Of a stretch of 23,346 nt of DNA, positions 7,972 to 15,820 are shown in pieces; the first letter of the stretch is position 1, and each line of letters opens with the position of its first letter. The stretch spans positions 1-23,346 of the forward strand of contig JBHLLF010000040.1 in assembly GCA_048885865.1 (NCBI GenBank), read 5' to 3'. A model generated the notes under the pieces. That model saw only the letters and a list, made by a program, of their open reading frames with translations. It made no database searches and was not told where the DNA came from. This stretch comes from Candidatus Hermodarchaeota archaeon. GTDB taxonomy: Archaea; Asgardarchaeota; Thorarchaeia; Thorarchaeales; Thorarchaeaceae. A program made the translations under genes and the position numbers.

Positions 7972-10098
7972 CTGTCAAAGGTTCTGATAATCTCCGAAAA
8001 GCCAACTGCGGCAAAACGGATAGCTCAAGCACTGGATGAGAGTGGATTGCCCAACGAGGTAAAAAAGCAAGGAGCCTCATATTTCGAGTGCCACAGAAAT
8101 GGAGACAACTTGATTGTTGTTTATGCTCTCGGTCACCTGTTCGAACTCCGGCAGACTGAGAAAGGCTGGAAATATCCCAGACTTTCAGCAGAGTGGGTAC
8201 CAAGATATGAAGTCGACAAAAAGGCGACAGGAATCAAACCGATAATTCGTCTAATCAGGAACCTGTCGAAGGACATAGACCAATATATCATTGCTACAGA
8301 CCTAGACATTGAGGGAAGCCTCATCGGATACCTCACTCTAGTCTATGCATGCAAAGCAGATGTTGGCAAGGCCAAGAGAATGATATTCTCGACTCTGACC
8401 AAGGCAGAACTTGAGAAAGCCTATGATAACATGTCAGATACTCTGAACTTCCCCATGATAGAAGCCGGTGCTGCCAGGCATGAAGTGGATTGGTTGTATG
8501 GAATCAATCTGACCAGAGCGCTTACCTTAGCAATAAAGGAGGCCTCAGGCTGGTTCAAGATAGTTTCAACGGGAAGAGTGCAAGGTCCTACACTTGCTCT
8601 TGTTGCCGAACGTGATCAATCCATCAATACCTTTGTGCCCACACCGTATTGGACTATTTTGACGCTGGGCATGCACAATGGGCACGAGTTGGAACTTGAG
8701 TACTCGAAGAAACGGATTGCGGTGAAGAATGAAGCGCTTGAAATTGTAGGTGACTTGAAGGGAGAATCTAGCATTGTTGATGGTGTCAATAGCAAGAAGA
8801 ACGCTCAGACACCTCCAGTTCCCTTCAACTTGTCTGGCCTGCAGTCTGAGAGCTATAGGCACTTTGGATTCAAACCAAGTAGGACACTTGCAATCGCTCA
8901 GAAATTGTACCTTGAAGCTCTCATTTCGTATCCAAGAACTGGTAGTCAGAAGATACCCTCCAGTATCAACGTGAAAGAGATACTTGGCAATCTAAGCAAG
9001 CACAAGAAATATGCAGGGCTTGCGAAACAGGTCATCGCTGCTGGAAATCTCACCCCAGTCCAGGGAAAAAAGGACGACCCGGCGCATCCGGCCATTCATC
9101 CGACAGGAGCCAAGCCAGCAAAGAAATTGACACCAAGCGAAACCAAAGTGTACGACCTCATTGTCCGCAGGTTCTTGGCTCTATTTGGTGAGAATGCAAT
9201 AAAAGAGAGCATTAGAGCGGATATCTCATGCAAAGGACACCTTCTCTATGCAAGAGGGCTCAAGATTCTCAGAAGAGGATGGATGGACTATTATGAGCCA
9301 TATGTCAAACTCAACGAAAGGATCTTGCCGACCATAGCTGAGGGGGACACGATACAGCTTGAGTCTGTCAGAGAGGACGGGCGATTCACATCACCACCTC
9401 CACGCTTCAATCCCTCAAGTCTACTCAAGATACTTGAGAAAGAAAACCTTGGGACAAAGGCAACAAGATCTTCCATTGTTGATTCGGTGAGGTCACGGGG
9501 ATATACACTTAGCGACAAGTTTGAACTGTCTACACTTGGATATGCCCTACATGAAACCCTTAGCCAATATGTCCCAAAGATACTGTCTGCAGATTTCACA
9601 AGGCAGTTGGAGGAGGAGATGCAAGACATCCTAGAGGAACGTCTTGACCGAGACCGGGTATTATCGCATGCAAGAGAGGACCTACAAGAGCTGCTTGGAG
9701 TTTTCCTGTCACAGGAGGAGAGTATCGGGAAAACTCTCGTCAGTGGGCTGCAACACTATTGGAGAGAGAGTGAGGAGATAGGACTCTGCCCCAAGTGTCA
9801 TGTGGGTAATCTTGTCATTATTCGATCGCCAAGGACAGGGAAACGGTTTGTTGGATGTACTCAATACAAGGAGGGAGGGTGTGATCAGACTTTCCCACTG
9901 CCTCAGAAGGGTTCTATTCAGCCGCTGAACAGGGAATGTCCACACTGCGGACATCATATGATCAAGATTTCAGGGCGACGTCCTTGGGAAACCTGTGTGA
10001 ACTGGACAGAATGTCCGGGACGACAGGATGATCTAAAGGAACTCGAGAAACGTCGAGAGAAGGCAGCCAAAAAGAGGGAGGGAACATCTGATGAGTGA
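7972..10098 (+). CDS. topA: DNA topoisomerase type IA (archaeal TopA/Topo III)
   Basis: Toprim N-terminus VLIISEKP (from 7981, upstream of the ORF-track start), GHL, IATDLDIEG, STGRVQGPTL, active-site LISYPRT, LGTKATR, and C-terminal zinc ribbons. An in-frame TAG at 7969 bounds the frame, and CTG 7972 is the proposed start. Confidence 0.95.
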   Translation: MSKVLIISEKPTAAKRIAQALDESGLPNEVKKQGASYFECHRNGDNLIVVYALGHLFELRQTEKGWKYPRLSAEWVPRYEVDKKATGIKPIIRLIRNLSKDIDQYIIATDLDIEGSLIGYLTLVYACKADVGKAKRMIFSTLTKAELEKAYDNMSDTLNFPMIEAGAARHEVDWLYGINLTRALTLAIKEASGWFKIVSTGRVQGPTLALVAERDQSINTFVPTPYWTILTLGMHNGHELELEYSKKRIAVKNEALEIVGDLKGESSIVDGVNSKKNAQTPPVPFNLSGLQSESYRHFGFKPSRTLAIAQKLYLEALISYPRTGSQKIPSSINVKEILGNLSKHKKYAGLAKQVIAAGNLTPVQGKKDDPAHPAIHPTGAKPAKKLTPSETKVYDLIVRRFLALFGENAIKESIRADISCKGHLLYARGLKILRRGWMDYYEPYVKLNERILPTIAEGDTIQLESVREDGRFTSPPPRFNPSSLLKILEKENLGTKATRSSIVDSVRSRGYTLSDKFELSTLGYALHETLSQYVPKILSADFTRQLEEEMQDILEERLDRDRVLSHAREDLQELLGVFLSQEESIGKTLVSGLQHYWRESEEIGLCPKCHVGNLVIIRSPRTGKRFVGCTQYKEGGCDQTFPLPQKGSIQPLNRECPHCGHHMIKISGRRPWETCVNWTECPGRQDDLKELEKRREKAAKKREGTSDE

Positions 10099-10333
10099 GT
10101 GTTCGATTTGCGGTCGGCCCAATGATGTTGGAGATCGCTTTTGTAAGTATCATCAACTTGCAGCTTACAATCTCAAGAGAGAATACGACGTCTGGGTAAA
10201 TGCCATGGATATAGACTGGGATTCCTATCTTGACCATGTGTATGCCACTGATGGCGCCGGAAGATGGGTTCGAGAAGTCATAGAACACATCAAGTCAGAA
10301 GATGGTTCTTTAGAATGGTCATCAGTTCCATGA
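10091..10333 (+). CDS. Small hypothetical zinc-finger protein (CxxC...CxxH) coupled to topA
   Basis: ATG overlaps the topA stop by 8 nt, with GGAGGG upstream. CSICG-x8-FCKYH is followed by a Trp/Tyr-rich helical region. Confidence 0.7.
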   Translation: MSECSICGRPNDVGDRFCKYHQLAAYNLKREYDVWVNAMDIDWDSYLDHVYATDGAGRWVREVIEHIKSEDGSLEWSSVP

Positions 10334-10643
10334 CGAGTGCTTGATTCAATGAACTTACTGCCACAACAACCATGCATGACTGATTGGTCCATGCAGACAC
10401 TCTCTCGGCAAGGGTACGGACAAGGGCTGCATCCAGACCAGCTGAGAACAATCCAGTTGATGTTGGTTCGGACCTGCCCTGGCCTGGAGGTATAGCTACT
10501 GCTGACAGACCAAGTCGAAACCTATCAGAATCAGAGATTAGGACGAGTGCCCCGTTTTCAAAATCCATTATTCTAAAAATGATCTTGCCTTGGCTGGTAT
10601 CAGACTCGAACTGCCTGATGTCATCGAACTTCATCCTTGACAC
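10290..10643 (-). CDS. Proteasome assembly chaperone PAC4/PAC3-like protein (putative)
   Basis: 117 aa. The pattern FRIMDFENGALVLISD...RLGLSAVAIP...ST.L...LAERVS....QSCMVVV resembles the PAC4 (PSMG4) beta-sheet/helix layout. Family call is from recall only. Confidence 0.55.
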   Translation of the reverse strand: MSRMKFDDIRQFESDTSQGKIIFRIMDFENGALVLISDSDRFRLGLSAVAIPPGQGRSEPTSTGLFSAGLDAALVRTLAERVSAWTNQSCMVVVAVSSLNQALVMELMTILKNHLLT

Positions 10644-10740
10644 CTAGCTATTCAAAATGTGTTCCGTAATAAAGCAGTAACGGCTGGTCGCAGAGCAACA
10701 GCGTTATCAATGGTACTACTTCCGGAATAGTGAGAACTCT

Positions 10741-12672
10741 ATGACTGAGAAACATTCATACCAGGACTTCTTTCCTTATCCGAGTCCTCGGGTCGGTCAA
10801 GAAGAGATGATGGCAGGTATTGAGAGTGCTGTGAGAGAGGGGACGCACATATGCACAGAGGCCCCAAATGGATTTGGAAAGACATGCGCAACACTCAGTG
10901 GAGTTCTCCCTTGGATAAGAGAGACCAAAGGCAAAATTCTCTATTGTGCCCGAACTCATAGACAGTTGGACCGTGTTGTGGAGGAACTCGAGGCCATCCT
11001 TGAGAAGAACGATGTCAGTGGAGTTTCTTTTCGGGGTCGGCGTCATATGTGTATAAACGACTTCGTCCTTGAGAACGCAGACTTTGTGGCGCCAATAAGT
11101 GAGGTCTGTGGTCAGCTAAAGGTAACACGACGGTGTATCTATTATGAGAATCTGAGGGTGGCCGGGTCACCAACGAACTTGCTTATAGACATGCCAAAAC
11201 GTGTATTGACAGCGCCGGAAATGGTGAAGATAGGAAGAAGCAGGTCTATCTGTCCATATGAACTTGCCAAGAAGCTGGCAAAAGTCGTCGATGTGATAGC
11301 ACTATCATATCTCTATGTCTTTGATCCATGGATTATGGAAACGTTCATGCCTGAGCTTGAAACCCCCCTGTCGAAGATGGTCCTTGTCCAAGATGAGGCG
11401 CATAATGTTCCTTCTACAGCTCTTAGTTCAGCGAGTGACTCTCTTACAATCGGTGCAGTCAGACAAGCCATGCGAGAAGCCATGACATACAATGACTCCA
11501 TATCAAAGGAGTTCTCTCGAGGACTCGCCAAATGGATTCTGGATCAGACTGTGGGCATGGCAGAAACTGATGAGAAAGGAATTGACCCGCAGGCAGTATT
11601 CGATCAGGCCTTTCAAATCTCAGGATTGGACCCTGAAACAGATGTTCTAGTGCATATGAGGGACTTGGGTATCAATATACGCAGAGGACTCCTTAAGGCT
11701 GGAAAGTTCCCGCGTTCCTTTATTCACAGGGTAGCAGACTTCATGGTGAGATGGATAAGCTGCATAGAGCGCGATGATTACACATTCATATTGGCCTCAA
11801 GCCGGGGAAGAGGGGAGAGGAGAGTGTCTCTTGAACTACTCGCCTTGGACCCAACTTCTGTGACCAGTCCAATCTTGAATCGCGTTCATAACTCTGTGGC
11901 CGTATCAGGAACCATTTCTCCAATGGTTGCCTATTCAGAAATGCTAGGATTTGGCAAGGATGCCATCACAAGTGCATATCACAGTCCATTTGCAGCCCGC
12001 AATAGGTTATGTTTGATAGTTGAGGATGTGGAAACCACCTATCAGGCTCGAAATGATGACATGTTCAAGAGAATGGTTAATCACTGCGTAGCAGTGGCTC
12101 ACGCTACACCAGGCAACACGGCTATCTTTACAACAAGCTATTCCATTGGCAAATCACTGTTGAATGCTGGTCTTGAAAAACGACTGAAAGTGAAGTTGTT
12201 TCAAGAAAAACCGGGAATGAAGGGAACAGAGAACGACAAGATGATTGAGGCCTTCAAGCAAAAGGGACAGGAGGGAGGTGCAGTCCTCTTGGGCGTTCAA
12301 GGTGGACGGAACTCTGAGGGCGGTGACTTTCCTGGTCCAACAATGGAAAGTGCAATCGTGGTAGGAGTGCCCTATGCAAGACCGACCCCGAGTACAGAGT
12401 CTCTGATACAGTATTACGATGCCCGTTTCAACAAGAAAGGGAGAGAATATGCCTACGTTCTTCCGGCAATGACAAGAGCGATTCAGGCTGCAGGAAGGCC
12501 CGTCAGAAGACTTGATGACAAGGGAGCAATTATCTTTCTGGACCAGAGATTCGCAACACCCTATCTGAAGAGATTTCTGCCATCTTGGCTGGCAGAGGTG
12601 GTACAGGTGATACCCGACAACCCAAGCATTATGGCTGAACAAATAGGCGCCTTCTTTGCTGCGGACTATTGA
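10741..12672 (+). CDS. xpd: XPD/Rad3/DinG-family Fe-S superfamily 2 DNA helicase
   Basis: Q motif (FPYPSPRVGQ), Walker A APNGFGKT, ARTHRQ, four Fe-S cysteines (MCIN, EVCG, RCIYY, ICPYE), DEAH, SGTISP, SEGGDF and QAAGRPVR. Confidence 0.93.
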   Translation: MTEKHSYQDFFPYPSPRVGQEEMMAGIESAVREGTHICTEAPNGFGKTCATLSGVLPWIRETKGKILYCARTHRQLDRVVEELEAILEKNDVSGVSFRGRRHMCINDFVLENADFVAPISEVCGQLKVTRRCIYYENLRVAGSPTNLLIDMPKRVLTAPEMVKIGRSRSICPYELAKKLAKVVDVIALSYLYVFDPWIMETFMPELETPLSKMVLVQDEAHNVPSTALSSASDSLTIGAVRQAMREAMTYNDSISKEFSRGLAKWILDQTVGMAETDEKGIDPQAVFDQAFQISGLDPETDVLVHMRDLGINIRRGLLKAGKFPRSFIHRVADFMVRWISCIERDDYTFILASSRGRGERRVSLELLALDPTSVTSPILNRVHNSVAVSGTISPMVAYSEMLGFGKDAITSAYHSPFAARNRLCLIVEDVETTYQARNDDMFKRMVNHCVAVAHATPGNTAIFTTSYSIGKSLLNAGLEKRLKVKLFQEKPGMKGTENDKMIEAFKQKGQEGGAVLLGVQGGRNSEGGDFPGPTMESAIVVGVPYARPTPSTESLIQYYDARFNKKGREYAYVLPAMTRAIQAAGRPVRRLDDKGAIIFLDQRFATPYLKRFLPSWLAEVVQVIPDNPSIMAEQIGAFFAADY

Positions 12673-13433
12673 TGCGCATTGCCCAGAATCTCGTCCAGGG
12701 GAATTTCATTCAGTAAAACGGATTTAGCCTGTGTGGAAGTAAGAATTAGTCTGCCTTCTGTGACTTTGGCGACAAGACGCTTCAATGACCGAACATATCC
12801 AGCCTTTGTATCAAGAACGAAGTCCTCATTAGAAACAGGACGGCCTTTTCGGGAGGCTATTAGTGTGGCAGATGATTTGTCTGATTCTCCTCTTTTGGTT
12901 GTATGCCGTTCATCAACCATCTCGACTTCGAATGCATTGATGGCTCTGTCTTTGATACTGCGCAGGTAGAGTGCTGAATATAATCGGGATCCGGTACCCA
13001 CACGTACCAATACACGATTTCTGAAATGTTTGCGGATGATGGATATCCAATGAAACGTATAATTGGAGGCTATCCGGGGAGTAGATGCTGTGATTGCATA
13101 GATGGCCACACCATCGGCAACCAGTGCCAAGCCAAACTTCATTCCTGGATCAATGCCAATAGCTATGACTGCAGGGTTTCTGATGTCTAGGAGGGCCAAC
13201 ATGATTTCTATAGCGGTAGCATCATCATTGGAAACCTCGTTCACCACTACAAGACGGCTTGTATGGAAGTGTGTGGCCTCGCTCGCAGTTGTTATTACAA
13301 CTTGCGATTCATCACATTTTTCGTCATCAGGAGCGCATATTATGAAACCGATACCAAGCCGCTTCATGAGGTTCACAGCAAGATATCGGACCTTTGGGTT
13401 CCTTGTGGCAATTGCTACCTCGTACCTTAGCAT
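12666..13433 (-). CDS. Hypothetical protein with a YqgF/RuvC-like RNase H-fold domain
   Basis: AIGIDPGMKFGLALV (strands 1-2 with catalytic Asp), VRVGTG, VDERHTT, and D..SA.LIA. AGGAG ribosome-binding site upstream. Confidence 0.7.
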   Translation of the reverse strand: MLRYEVAIATRNPKVRYLAVNLMKRLGIGFIICAPDDEKCDESQVVITTASEATHFHTSRLVVVNEVSNDDATAIEIMLALLDIRNPAVIAIGIDPGMKFGLALVADGVAIYAITASTPRIASNYTFHWISIIRKHFRNRVLVRVGTGSRLYSALYLRSIKDRAINAFEVEMVDERHTTKRGESDKSSATLIASRKGRPVSNEDFVLDTKAGYVRSLKRLVAKVTEGRLILTSTQAKSVLLNEIPLDEILGNAHQ

Positions 13434-13500
13434 TACATTACTCCTTCTGAGTTAGGCTTATCACTTGTCTTGTGACATCTTGAAGCCGGTGAAGGGTGAT

Positions 13501-14196
13501 TTGATTCTTCCGTCAGGCGTGTCAGCCCTGGACAGGATCCTCAATGGCGGGCTTTCAACCGGTCTGTTCATTCACTTCTATGGAGAAGCGGCTGCAGGAA
13601 AGACCACCGTTGCCCTTCAGTTTGCAAGTGCGGCACATAGAATAGGCGTAAGAACCATCTATATCAATTCAGAGTCCGCTTCCCCAATTGAAAGGCTGGA
13701 ACAGATTTCATGTAAAGAGTTTGAGCATATCAAGGACAAGATGATGATTCTGTCTCCGAAAAGCTTTGAAGAACAGAGTGCTCTGATAGACGACATTGAG
13801 CTATACGCACATGATGAAACAAGGCTTGTTATCATTGACACGTTGACTCGGCTATATCGATCAGTTTTGGATGACCGCGACACCAACTATCTCAACCATC
13901 GAGAACTCAACCGACAGGCGGGAGTTTTGAAAGGACTGGCAAGAGAGAGAGATGTTGCAGTGCTTGTTCTAAACCAGGTAAGGGGAAGCATGGATAGAAC
14001 TGAGGGGTTTGAGCCTGTTGCAGGCAACATTCTTGATTATTGGTCAGACTATATTCTGAAGATGCGAGTTGGTAAAGGAACTAGGGAGAGAATACTGAAA
14101 AGATTAAGACCAGAAGGCGAGCCCTCGATGTGCAGGCTTTTCCTCACAGAAAGAGGATTGGCGCTGGAACCGGAGGAAAAGGAAACAATGAAATGA
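13501..14196 (+). CDS. radB: RadB-like RecA-superfamily ATPase (RadA paralog without an N-terminal domain)
   Basis: SGVSALDRILNGG, Walker A GEAAAGKT, Walker B LVIIDT and LNQV. Start is uncertain: TTG 13501 after GGGTGA, versus 13465 or 13489. Confidence 0.8.
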   Translation: MILPSGVSALDRILNGGLSTGLFIHFYGEAAAGKTTVALQFASAAHRIGVRTIYINSESASPIERLEQISCKEFEHIKDKMMILSPKSFEEQSALIDDIELYAHDETRLVIIDTLTRLYRSVLDDRDTNYLNHRELNRQAGVLKGLARERDVAVLVLNQVRGSMDRTEGFEPVAGNILDYWSDYILKMRVGKGTRERILKRLRPEGEPSMCRLFLTERGLALEPEEKETMK

Positions 14197-14229
14197 GACC
14201 CCAATTGGGTTCTCTAGGAGTCACGCCAA

Positions 14230-14790
14230 ATGTATGAAGCACTAGCTCTGCTAGAACTATCAGTGTGGCTAGGATTGCCGGCTTGGATTGCCAACGCAAC
14301 TCCTGTGATATTTGGAGGCGGTAGACCAATTGATGGTGGCAGAGTCATGCAAGATGGTCACAGAATCCTGGGAGATGGTAAGACAATACGGGGATTCATT
14401 GCTGGTGTGTTCTTTGGCACTTTGACTGGTCTGGGACAGTATATTCTAGCTCCATATCTGATGCCTATTTTAGGCGAATTTGTTACAGTGACTCCGAGTA
14501 TGGAGTATGTTCTATTCATGACAATTTCTGCGGGGTTTCTTCTTTCTGTTGGAGCACTGGCTGGTGACCTCATTGGATCCTTTTTGAAGAGAAGGGCAAA
14601 TGTGCAGAGTGGAGGGCCCTCCCCAGTACTTGATCAGCTTGGATTCATAATCATGGCACTCCTCTTTGCATATCCACTTCTCCAGCCTGAAGGAATCTAT
14701 TCGGTGGTACTCATTATCACCACATTGGTCATTCATTGGATGAGCAATGCCTTAGGTTACCTCTTGGGATTCAAGAAGAACCCTTGGTGA
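14230..14790 (+). CDS. carS: CDP-archaeol synthase (DUF46)
   Basis: ANATPVIFGGGRPIDGG, GDGKT.RG, GDLIGSFLKRR, P.LDQL and the terminal KKNPW; hydrophobic helices. Confidence 0.94.
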   Translation: MYEALALLELSVWLGLPAWIANATPVIFGGGRPIDGGRVMQDGHRILGDGKTIRGFIAGVFFGTLTGLGQYILAPYLMPILGEFVTVTPSMEYVLFMTISAGFLLSVGALAGDLIGSFLKRRANVQSGGPSPVLDQLGFIIMALLFAYPLLQPEGIYSVVLIITTLVIHWMSNALGYLLGFKKNPW

Positions 14791-14966
14791 CCGTTTGAAA
14801 CGTATACTTTGGCATGCCACTACATTTTAAAGCCAAAGGGAGTAGGTGCTACCGGCCCTATCTATTTAGACATTGCCGCTGGGCTAATTGGTTTAGTAAA
14901 GCCAATATTTCGACGCGCCGCTTCTACAATACCCGAGTAAAGCAAATCGACAATGAAGGTATCAGC

Positions 14967-15815
14967 ATGAAAGTCGCAGAGTGCATGCAATCTGATGTGG
15001 TATTTGCCTATGTTCCTGGAACCAGAGAAGACGTCCTGCAAATCATGGCAGAAAAACAGGTCAATGGAATCCCTGTTGTTAAGAAAGGCACGAAGAAGCT
15101 TGTCGGAATGGTCACTAGGAGTGACCTCTTGAGAAAGGCAGACGAGCCACAGCTGGCCATGCTGATGGTGAGAGACCCTGAAACAGTTACGCCCAGAACA
15201 CTGGTGAAGACCGCAACTAAGCTGATGCTGGAAAAAGGGTTCAGAAGACTTCCTGTTGTGGATAATGAAGAACTCGTAGGCCTTGTAACGGTTCCTGATA
15301 TTTTGGGAGCAGTCCTAGAGGAGAACGAGAAATTTCAAGACGTTAAGATTGGCGATTACATAAGACCGCAAATCAATGCAGCTTGGGAGGAAACTCCCTG
15401 TCCACTAGCATACATGCTGATGGAGATGGCAGGCAAAAATGCGCTGGTTCTTGTAAACGAGGCTGCTGGAGTCACAGGAATGATTACTGTCAGTGACTTC
15501 ATTCGATTGTCTGAAGTGACGACCGAGAACAATGTATCAAAAACGTATAGTGGTACTGACTCCTCCGTTGAATGGAGCTGGGACTCAAAGGACTTCCTGG
15601 TAGTCACTAAGAAACTGCTCCGACTTCCAAATGTCCCAGTAAAAGACGTTATGACTAAGAACGTAATCAGTGTCAACGAAGTAAGCACAATTCCAGAATG
15701 TGTCAGGATATTCAGAAAGAATGACATAGATCAAGCACCAGTACTCTCTGCAACAAATAGCCTGATTGGAATGATTGAGGATAGGGACCTGCTCAAACTG
15801 GCGCTCGAGGAATAA
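14967..15815 (+). CDS. CBS-domain protein (four CBS repeats, no catalytic domain)
   Basis: Repeated CBS motifs (IPVV...LVGMVTRSDLL; RRLPVVDNEELVGLVT; VTGMITVSDF; APVL...LIGMIEDRDLL). The natural start is MKVAECM at 14967. Confidence 0.9.
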   Translation: MKVAECMQSDVVFAYVPGTREDVLQIMAEKQVNGIPVVKKGTKKLVGMVTRSDLLRKADEPQLAMLMVRDPETVTPRTLVKTATKLMLEKGFRRLPVVDNEELVGLVTVPDILGAVLEENEKFQDVKIGDYIRPQINAAWEETPCPLAYMLMEMAGKNALVLVNEAAGVTGMITVSDFIRLSEVTTENNVSKTYSGTDSSVEWSWDSKDFLVVTKKLLRLPNVPVKDVMTKNVISVNEVSTIPECVRIFRKNDIDQAPVLSATNSLIGMIEDRDLLKLALEE

Positions 15816-15820
15816 TTAGC

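Noticed and set aside
7972-8046. topA as a 5'-truncated pseudogene
   Set aside because: The Toprim motif is intact and in frame upstream of the ORF-track start, and the rest of the gene is undisrupted.
14814-14966. 51-aa N-terminal extension of the CBS protein
   Set aside because: Its composition is unlike the rest of the protein, and the CBS fold starts at ATG 14967.
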